A stretch of DNA of 40,762 bases from an uncultured Rhodothermales bacterium. GTDB lineage: Bacteria > Bacteroidota > Rhodothermia > Rhodothermales > CAZKDQ01. The notes beneath the pieces are model-generated. The model worked only from the letters and a program-made list of their open reading frames with translations, was not told the DNA's origin and ran no database searches. The position numbers and the translations under genes were made by a program. Each line of letters opens with the position of its first letter. Position 1 is the stretch's first letter. The stretch is taken from assembly GCA_964603055.1 (NCBI GenBank), contig CAZRTY010000003.1:1-40762 (forward strand), read 5' to 3'. This document shows, piece by piece, positions 34,231-40,762 of this stretch.

Positions 34231-35100
34231 TCAGTAGTCGGCGTCGCTCGTTAAACCCTTGACGATCGCAACGGATGCACTGGCTCCAATCCGAGACGCA
34301 CCGTGCTTGATCATGGCCTCGGCGTCCTCCGTCGATCGGATGCCGCCGGATGCCTTGACGCCCATTCGGTCGCCAACCACGCGGCGCATCAACGCAACAT
34401 CGGCGATCGTCGCTCCGCCGCTCGAGAACCCGGTTGAGGTCTTTACAAAATCCGCGCCCGCGTTCTGAGCAAGGACGCACGCAACGACTTTCTCCTCATC
34501 CGTCAGAAGCGCGGTCTCGATGATCACTTTCACGGTCACGTGCTGCCCGCTCGGGTGCGAGGCGTGCCGTGCCGACTCTACGACTGCGCGGATGTCTCGC
34601 TCGACGTCATCGTAACGTGTGCTCTTGAGGAAGCCGACGTTGATCACCATGTCGATCTCAGAGGCACCGTTGCGCACTGCCTGCTCCGTCTCACGAGATT
34701 TCACTTCAGACGTCGTCGCTCCCAGCGGAAATCCGACCACCGTGCAAACCGCCACCGGCGAATCTTTCAGCAGTTCGTAGGCCACTGGCACGTAGCCAGG
34801 ATTCACGCATACCGACGCGAAGCAGTAGCGGCGAGCATCGTCGCAGAGCGCGCGGATCTCGCCCTCCGTCGTTTCCGCTTTCAGCGCCGTGTGGTCGATT
34901 AATCGTGCGAGACGCGGCGCAAGATCACACGCCGAGAAGTTGCCGTTGTCGGAATCGTCGGCCCGTACGCCAAAACGTTGGGCGCCGGCACCCACCATGC
35001 GCTCGAGTGCAATCCGCACGGATGCATCGGGAGAGGAGGAGGAATTCCCGAAACGCGCCTGCAGGCGGCGGACGACTTCGTTCAATTGTTGTTCGTTCAT
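34231..35100 (-). CDS. deoC: Deoxyribose-phosphate aldolase with a ~65-aa N-terminal extension
   Basis: 289 aa. [58 protein letters not shown] (Schiff-base Lys) and [10 protein letters not shown]. Confidence 0.9.
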   Translation of the reverse strand: MNEQQLNEVVRRLQARFGNSSSSPDASVRIALERMVGAGAQRFGVRADDSDNGNFSACDLAPRLARLIDHTALKAETTEGEIRALCDDARRYCFASVCVNPGYVPVAYELLKDSPVAVCTVVGFPLGATTSEVKSRETEQAVRNGASEIDMVINVGFLKSTRYDDVERDIRAVVESARHASHPSGQHVTVKVIIETALLTDEEKVVACVLAQNAGADFVKTSTGFSSGGATIADVALMRRVVGDRMGVKASGGIRSTEDAEAMIKHGASRIGASASVAIVKGLTSDADY

Positions 35101-35168
35101 AGCCGCGAAGATAATGCGGCCGGCGAACTTAGTGTCCCGCTGTCGCTGTCAAGAATGCGTTGAACGCG

Positions 35169-36554
35169 TCACGCGACCTGTTCGTCGAGATTATAACGCT
35201 TGCGCTTTTCCCACAACGTCTTCTTCGAGATCCCCAGGATTTCCGCTATTTGCGCGTAGCTGGTCTTATTGAACTGCATCACGTGCCCGATGTACGCGCG
35301 CTCGAGATCTTCGAGCGAACCTCCGTTGCGGAAGAGAAAATGATCCTCGGGAACGCTGACGCTGTTGAACATGGCTTCATCCGTCAACGCGATGTCGTTC
35401 TCATCGATCTTTTTGCCGCGCGCGAAGATGACGGCGCGTTCGATGACGTTACGGAGCTCGCGCACGTTGCCGGGCCACGAGTGATCAAGCAGAAGCTGTT
35501 TCGCTCCATCGGTAAATCCGGTGATGTCCCGTTTCAGCTCAGACCGGTACTCGTCGAGCAGTGTATCGGCAATCCGCAGCATGTCTTCGCCCATCCGGCG
35601 CAGCGGTGGCAGATGGATGTTGATGACATTGATGCGGTAAAAGAGGTCTTTCCGGAATTCCTTTGCGGCGACTCGCTCCTCGAGGTCTGCGTTCGTGGCA
35701 CACAGCACGCGCGTGGTCACCCGGAGCTCTTCGACGCCTCCAAGACGACGGAAGGTGCGGCTCTCGAGGAAGGACAGCAGCTTGGCCTGCAGTGCGCCGC
35801 TCATGGAGTCGATCTCATCGAGGAAGAGCGTACCGCCGTCGGCCACTTCGAGGAGTCCGGGCTTCGAGGCACGGGCATCCGTGAACGCGCCTTTCTCGTA
35901 ACCGAACAGCTCAGCTTCGAGCAGATTATCCGGCAGCGCCGCACAGTTTATTTCGGTGAAGCGACCGGCGTTATAGGTCGAGTTGTGATGGATCGTCTTC
36001 GCCACCAGGTTCTTCCCCGTTCCGGTCTCGCCACGAATGAGCACCGTGGTGTTGGGCACACTCCGAAGCGTCTCGACAACCGAGCGCACCTCCACGATCT
36101 CATCGCTGTCGCCCATGATCCCTTCAACGGGATAGTCGGATTTGGCAGGGGTGCTCACGACCTCCGCGACCACAGGCTCGCGCTTCTCGTAAAGATGCAG
36201 AGCCTTGGTAATCAGCGTGCGCATCTCCTCCAGGTTGACCGGCTTCTGGAGATAGTGATACGCGCCAAGTCGCATGGCCTCAACCGCCGTCTTGACCGAC
36301 GAATGGGCCGTCATAATGATGACGGGCACCTCAACGTTGCGCCGGCGAAGCTGTTCGATGAGCTCGATACCGTTCAGATCGGGCATCATCAGGTCGGCCA
36401 GTATGACGTCCGGGGTCCCATCCGCCTCCATCTTCTCGAGCATCACAGACGGACTAACAAAGGACTCTGCATCGTATCCGTCCCGCTTGAGCACGGTCAC
36501 GAAAAGACTCCCGATTTTTGGTTCGTCGTCGACGATGAAGATCTTCTTTTTCAC
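35169..36554 (-). CDS. Sigma-54-dependent response regulator (REC - AAA+ - Fis-type HTH; NtrC family)
   Basis: 461 aa. REC domain with acceptor Asp in ILADLMMPD. Walker A GETGTGKN, sigma-54 contact loop GAFTDA (nt 35874..35891), Walker B LFLDEI, and HTH SYAQIAEILGISKKTLWEKRKRY. Confidence 0.9.
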   Translation of the reverse strand: MKKKIFIVDDEPKIGSLFVTVLKRDGYDAESFVSPSVMLEKMEADGTPDVILADLMMPDLNGIELIEQLRRRNVEVPVIIMTAHSSVKTAVEAMRLGAYHYLQKPVNLEEMRTLITKALHLYEKREPVVAEVVSTPAKSDYPVEGIMGDSDEIVEVRSVVETLRSVPNTTVLIRGETGTGKNLVAKTIHHNSTYNAGRFTEINCAALPDNLLEAELFGYEKGAFTDARASKPGLLEVADGGTLFLDEIDSMSGALQAKLLSFLESRTFRRLGGVEELRVTTRVLCATNADLEERVAAKEFRKDLFYRINVINIHLPPLRRMGEDMLRIADTLLDEYRSELKRDITGFTDGAKQLLLDHSWPGNVRELRNVIERAVIFARGKKIDENDIALTDEAMFNSVSVPEDHFLFRNGGSLEDLERAYIGHVMQFNKTSYAQIAEILGISKKTLWEKRKRYNLDEQVA

Positions 36555-36660
36555 GGCCAGAGTGGGTGATTGGCGCTCGGTAGTATCGTAACCGCTGTAT
36601 CGGCGCCATACGGGCGATATTAAGAGCCATCACTACCTTTCTACCACGCGAGGGAAGATG

Positions 36661-37572
36661 TCACCTGCTCGGCGGCGCGATGACACGCAATCGCCTCGGA
36701 TGAACGTGCACGCGCAGCTCGCGCACATTGAGCGGCAAGACTTCGCCATCGATGTGCACCGGTACGCCGGCGGGTGCGTGTACGGACATCATCGTGCTTG
36801 CTTCGTACGTCACCTCCCGGGCCCCGGTATGCCGGCCGACAGCCGCACGAGGAAGCAGCTGTACGAGTCTCCCGAGAGATAGACGTGGCGCGAGGCATAC
36901 ATCGAGCAGACCGTCATCCGGCTCGGCGTGCGGCGTAAGGCGGACCCCACCTCCCGTCGTCTTCCCGATTGCCGCCGTGCATAATAGCATCTCGTCCGTC
37001 CATGCAGAGCGGTCGAGAGCTACGTCTGCTGCTGGATGCTGCCATTCCTTGACAGCTTGCCGGATCGCCGCCAGATATCGTCCTCGACCCTTAATACTTG
37101 CCGCCTGGATCACGATTCGTGCAACAAGAGCATCAACACCGCAGCCCATCGCATTTACAAAGATCCGGCTGCCCTCATCCTCGGCCGACGTCCACTCGAC
37201 CTCTCCTACATCCATTACACGTACGCTAGCGCTGAGTAGCACCTCCGCAATCGATGACGGACGAGACGGCATCCCGATAAGCCGCGCGTAGTCGTTACCG
37301 GAGCCGTATGGAGCCACGGCAACAGGCACGTCGATATCCTCCGCCATCAAGCCGCATACGACTTCGTTGAGCGTGCCGTCTCCCCCTGCAGCAAGGACAG
37401 CATCACAATCTCCTGCGCTCCGTTGGGCGATCAGCCGGGCATCGCCGGGGTCCGTTGTCCATGCTAATCGCACCTGCTCAGCGCGATGCCGAAGCTCCGT
37501 CATGAGCCCGTGAATGCGCCGCCGAGTCGTCCCACTTCCGGCGTTAGGATTGGCGATGACGAGAATCTTCAT
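36661..37572 (-). CDS. Diacylglycerol-kinase-family lipid kinase (YegS/BmrU type)
   Basis: 303 aa. ILVIANPNAGSG and AAGGDGTLNEVV catalytic-domain motifs. Confidence 0.85.
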   Translation of the reverse strand: MKILVIANPNAGSGTTRRRIHGLMTELRHRAEQVRLAWTTDPGDARLIAQRSAGDCDAVLAAGGDGTLNEVVCGLMAEDIDVPVAVAPYGSGNDYARLIGMPSRPSSIAEVLLSASVRVMDVGEVEWTSAEDEGSRIFVNAMGCGVDALVARIVIQAASIKGRGRYLAAIRQAVKEWQHPAADVALDRSAWTDEMLLCTAAIGKTTGGGVRLTPHAEPDDGLLDVCLAPRLSLGRLVQLLPRAAVGRHTGAREVTYEASTMMSVHAPAGVPVHIDGEVLPLNVRELRVHVHPRRLRVIAPPSR

Positions 37573-37698
37573 AAAGCGGCGATACGTGGCGGCTTTATCC
37601 TTGTCGCGCTTCGGCGGTATGCCGAAGTTGGGGCGCCAGCATTATAATGTGCGCTCGCCGAAGTTAGAGCGCCTACCGCGCTTCGCCAATTCGACCCG

Positions 37699-38595
37699 AT
37701 GCCGAAACTGATAATCGCCTGTCTTACTGCGCTGATCGTTCTAATTGCGGGATGCGGTGCGCCCGAGGAACAGTCTGGGGCATCCATCGACGGGCTCGGC
37801 CGCACGGTTCATCCGCCCGATCCGGCACAGCGGGTCGTGACATTGGCACCCAATCTGACGGAGATCATCTTTGCCGTTGGCGCAAGTGATCTTCTCGTTG
37901 CTGTCTCTTCAGCCGATGATTATCCGCCCGAGGTGGAATCGATCAGGAAAATTTCTGCGTTGCCGGTGGACTTTGAGGCGATACTGGAGCTCGAGGCCGA
38001 TCTCGTCCTGGCCAACGCTCAAGTTAACAGCACCCGAGATGCCGAAGTCTTCGAGGCGATGGGCATCCCCGTCTATTATTTCGACTTTGCCACAGTAGAC
38101 GATGCGATGGAGGCGATCCGCACAGCGGGCCGGCTGACTGGCCGCTCCGGAAAAGCCGACCACGTGGCCGATTCTCTGGAGACACGTTTAAGCGCCATCA
38201 CACCCGATTTCAGGGTCGACGGGCCCGCTCCATCCGTACTATTCCTCGTCTCGCCGGAGATATTGTACAGCTTCGGCAGCGGGAGTTATGTGAATGAGAT
38301 GATTCACGCGGCCGGTGGAATCTCGGCTACGGCGAGTATCCCGCAGTTGGCGCCGGTACTTTCACAGGAGTTTGTGCTTGAGGTCGATCCCGACATCATC
38401 CTGGGAGCCGGAGATGATTTCACCACAGAAGGTGTTCTCGAAGCGCAGCCGGGATGGCAGCATTTGAAGGCCATAGCCAATAGACACGTCTTCGCCATCG
38501 ATCCTGATCTCATGTATCGACCGGGCCCGAGGCTCGTCGAAGGTGTCGAAGCCATTCAGGATGCACTCGAACAGGCAGGCTACCTCGATGAGTAG
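37699..38595 (+). CDS. ABC transporter substrate-binding lipoprotein, cluster A-2 (iron-siderophore / cobalamin, FecB/BtuF type)
   Basis: 298 aa. Lipobox LIAGCG. RVVTLAPNLTEIIFAVGA, DLVLA and RPGPRLVEGVEAI are typical of the PF01497-type fold. Confidence 0.85.
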   Translation: MPKLIIACLTALIVLIAGCGAPEEQSGASIDGLGRTVHPPDPAQRVVTLAPNLTEIIFAVGASDLLVAVSSADDYPPEVESIRKISALPVDFEAILELEADLVLANAQVNSTRDAEVFEAMGIPVYYFDFATVDDAMEAIRTAGRLTGRSGKADHVADSLETRLSAITPDFRVDGPAPSVLFLVSPEILYSFGSGSYVNEMIHAAGGISATASIPQLAPVLSQEFVLEVDPDIILGAGDDFTTEGVLEAQPGWQHLKAIANRHVFAIDPDLMYRPGPRLVEGVEAIQDALEQAGYLDE

Positions 38596-39598
38596 AAATC
38601 TCCTCGTGGCCGTCGGTTCTATATGTCTTGCCGTGATCGCGGTCGTCGCCTCGCTGCTCATTGGCACGGCCGACATCACCGCCCGCGAAGTCGTCTCGAT
38701 TCTTGCATCCGGCCGTGGCGATGCATCCACCGCGCATCGCATCGTGTGGGACCTCCGTATGCCTCGAGGATTGCTGGCGTTCTTTGTCGGAGGCGGGCTT
38801 GCCGTGGTAGGGGTTGGGATGCAAGCTCTGGTAAGAAACCCGCTGGCTGAGCCGTACATCCTAGGTGTTTCGAGCGGTGCGTCGGCCGGCGCGGCGTTGT
38901 TCTACCTGGGCTTTTTGCCGGCCGTGGTGTCGCAGACCGTCTCGATGCCCATCGCGGCGTTCGTCGGCGGCCTTGCCTCACTCATCCTGGTCTACCTTGT
39001 CGCGCGAACCAGGACGCATATCAGCGTCACGAGGCTTCTGCTGGCAGGCGTCGCGATGTCGGCCTTGATGGGCGCTGTCACCGCGTTCATCACGTTCGCG
39101 TCTCCCGACCCGGCGAGGCTGCGCGCGGTGTTGTTCTGGCTGATGGGATCGCTGGGGGGCGCTCGTTGGGATGTGTTATGGATACCAATGGCGGTATCTC
39201 TAATCGGATTTCTCGTCTTACTGATGATGTCTCGCGGTCTCGACGCGCTGCTGCTCGGCGAAGAGCAGGCATGGAATCTGGGGATGTCCGTCGAGCGACT
39301 GAAGCACGTCCTCCTCGTCCTCGCCGCGTTCATTACGGGGCCGCTCGTCGCCGCGGTGGGTGTTATCGGTTTCGTGGGGTTAATTATCCCCCACATCGTT
39401 CGGATGCTTGTGGGGGTTCGGCACACGCCCTTGCTCATTTCGAGCTACTTTTTGGGCGGAGCGTTCATTGCGGCCACCGATGCTATCGCTCGATCGCTTT
39501 TGCACGCGCAAGAGCTGCCAATTGGCGTCTTGACCGCGATCTGCGGTGTGCCGTTTTTTCTCTGGTTGCTGCGCAGCAGTCATTACCGCTTCGGCTGA
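38588..39598 (+). CDS. FecCD-family ABC transporter permease
   Basis: The tracked ORF starts at 38543. The ATG at 38588 (MSRNLLVAVGS...) overlaps the SBP stop by 8 nt and is more likely. Multi-pass membrane protein with the conserved GVIGFVGLIIPHIVRML region. Confidence 0.85.
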   Translation: MSRNLLVAVGSICLAVIAVVASLLIGTADITAREVVSILASGRGDASTAHRIVWDLRMPRGLLAFFVGGGLAVVGVGMQALVRNPLAEPYILGVSSGASAGAALFYLGFLPAVVSQTVSMPIAAFVGGLASLILVYLVARTRTHISVTRLLLAGVAMSALMGAVTAFITFASPDPARLRAVLFWLMGSLGGARWDVLWIPMAVSLIGFLVLLMMSRGLDALLLGEEQAWNLGMSVERLKHVLLVLAAFITGPLVAAVGVIGFVGLIIPHIVRMLVGVRHTPLLISSYFLGGAFIAATDAIARSLLHAQELPIGVLTAICGVPFFLWLLRSSHYRFG

Positions 39599-39670
39599 CG
39601 CCGGCTTTTCAAACATCTCCGTACACGCGGCGTAATACGCGCTTTCGCGATCGTAGCATCAACTCTCTTT

Positions 39671-40702
39671 ATGGCCGAAGCTGTTACCACGCTTGAGGGG
39701 AAGGCCCCGCCCGTCGACACCGGCTCGAAGCCCTTGTCACTGAGTCAAATTCGTCGCCCCATCGAAGCCGAACTGAAGCACTTCGGACGCTACTTTCGCG
39801 GCTCGATGCGCTCGCGGGTGCTCCTGCTCGACCGCATCACCCAGTATGTGTTGCGTCAGAAGGGGAAGCAGATCCGGCCGATCCTCGTCCTGCTCTCCGC
39901 CAAGATGTGCGGCCAGATCAACGAGGCCAGCTACCGCGCCGCCGCACTCGTTGAACTCATGCACTCGGCCACGCTCGTCCATGACGACGTCGTCGATGAC
40001 GCCGACATGAGACGGGGCATGTTCTCGATCAACGCGCTCTGGAAGAACAAAGTGGCCGTCTTGCTTGGCGACTTTCTGTTGAGCCGAGGCTTACTCCTCT
40101 CCCTTGAGTATCAGGACTACAAACAACTGCACGCCCTTTCAGATGCCGTGCGGCGGATGAGCGAAGGCGAGCTGCTGCAGATCGAGAAGTCGCGCCACCT
40201 CGACATCGACGAGGAGACGTACTACCGCATTATCTCCGACAAGACGGCTTCACTAATCGCCGCGTGTACGACGTGCGGCGCGCTGAGCACGACGGAAGAT
40301 GAGGCCCTCATCGAGCGCATGCGATTGATGGGCGAGAAGCTCGGACTTGCGTTTCAGATCCGAGACGACCTCTTCGACTTCGGCGTTGCCGATGTAGGGA
40401 AGCCCATCGGAATCGACCTGCAGGAGAAGAAAATGACGCTGCCGCTCATTCACGCGTTGCGCGAAGCAGGTACTGCGGATCGCCGGCGCATCATGCGCAT
40501 CGTCCGCAAGAACAAGAAGAGCCGCTCCGACATCCGTGAGGTCGCCACATTTGTGGCCGAGTTCGGGGGAATCGAGTACGCCCGGGATCTGATGGTCCAG
40601 CATGCAGAGGAAGCGCGAGAACTGATCGCCGGATTCGAGCCGTCTGAATCGCGGGCGGCCATGCTCGCCCTCGTCGACTATACAGTTCAGCGCTCCAAGT
40701 AG
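39671..40702 (+). CDS. Long-chain polyprenyl diphosphate synthase (octaprenyl/IspB-like trans-IPPS)
   Basis: 343 aa. First Asp-rich motif LVHDDVVDDADMRRG and second FQIRDDLFDF. Confidence 0.9.
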   Translation: MAEAVTTLEGKAPPVDTGSKPLSLSQIRRPIEAELKHFGRYFRGSMRSRVLLLDRITQYVLRQKGKQIRPILVLLSAKMCGQINEASYRAAALVELMHSATLVHDDVVDDADMRRGMFSINALWKNKVAVLLGDFLLSRGLLLSLEYQDYKQLHALSDAVRRMSEGELLQIEKSRHLDIDEETYYRIISDKTASLIAACTTCGALSTTEDEALIERMRLMGEKLGLAFQIRDDLFDFGVADVGKPIGIDLQEKKMTLPLIHALREAGTADRRRIMRIVRKNKKSRSDIREVATFVAEFGGIEYARDLMVQHAEEARELIAGFEPSESRAAMLALVDYTVQRSK

Positions 40703-40755
40703 CGGCGCAGTTCAGCGCTCCAAGTAGCGACACAGTTCAGCGCTCCAAGTAGCGG
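40681..40755. repeat. Three head-to-tail 25-bp repeats duplicating the last 6 codons plus the stop of the polyprenyl synthase gene
   Basis: Copies at 40681..40705, 40706..40730 and 40731..40755. The 22-nt core cagttcagcgctccaagtagcg is identical in all three; only 3 junction nt vary. Copy 1 contains the real stop TAG (40700..40702). The window ends 7 nt after copy 3. Confidence 0.9.
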
Positions 40756-40762
40756 AGCCCGC

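Noticed and set aside
35160-36569. 469-aa plus-strand ORF
   Set aside because: It is a complete antisense shadow of the sigma-54 response regulator, whose REC, AAA+ and HTH motifs are all on the minus strand.
37573-37698. Possible cobalamin riboswitch upstream of the BtuF/FecB-like gene
   Set aside because: Only 126 nt are available and I could not find a B12-box-like element. This needs an Rfam covariance scan and is not claimed.
40681-40755. CRISPR array interpretation of the terminal repeats
   Set aside because: The period is only 25 nt with 3-nt variable junctions, so there are no spacers. No cas genes are present. It overlaps a CDS end, so it is a tandem duplication.
1-40762. Searches for tRNA/rRNA genes, transposases/integrases, toxin-antitoxin or known defence genes, and TGGCAC-N5-TTGC sigma-54 promoters
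   Set aside because: None were recognised by eye in the intergenic regions or the translations. Every TGGCAC occurrence I checked lacked the -12 TTGC element. Absence cannot be proven without tRNAscan, Infernal or HMM tools.

Overview
This is a 40.8-kb, visibly GC-rich and gene-dense chromosomal segment. I call 39 protein-coding genes, 3 intrinsic terminators, 1 leader/promoter region and 2 short tandem repeats. I saw no rRNA, tRNA, CRISPR array, transposase, integrase or phage genes.

The gene content includes a PorV/PorQ-like barrel, a DUF5103-type T9SS plug-like lipoprotein, a DUF3078 barrel, a 58-aa Hc1/H1-like protein and a sigma-54 activator. Together with the high GC, this suggests a Bacteroidota/Rhodothermota-type organism (inference only).

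Most of the window is housekeeping: TonB-family (partial), mtnA, rsmB, a CDF exporter, uvrC, a cold-shock protein, dnaE, ppk1, dnaG, dapD, deoC, a DAG-kinase-family lipid kinase, a Fe/B12-type ABC importer and a long-chain polyprenyl synthase.

Three genes are absent from the supplied ORF track, and I translated them myself:
- the edge-truncated TonB-like gene (1..733)
- a 58-aa H1-like gene (16361..16537)
- a 48-aa lipoprotein (29719..29865)

I do not see a clear-cut defence island or mobile element. The best candidates for something new, in order, are:
1. A form-IV RuBisCO-like protein translationally coupled to a cupin (31214..32805). It sits divergent from an SDR that seems to lack the catalytic Tyr/Lys.
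2. A polytopic-membrane HExxH/TPR protein (13071..15260).
3. An acetylglutamate-kinase-like protein with degenerate catalytic motifs (16679..17407).
4. A leaderless M23 peptidase start-stop coupled to dnaE, followed by a small-TM / Smr / giant SLT gene string (21057..24512).
5. A perfect-core 25-bp triplication of the 3' end plus stop codon of the last gene, at the window edge (40681..40755).

All functional calls come from by-eye motif recognition. No database search, HMM or structure prediction was possible.
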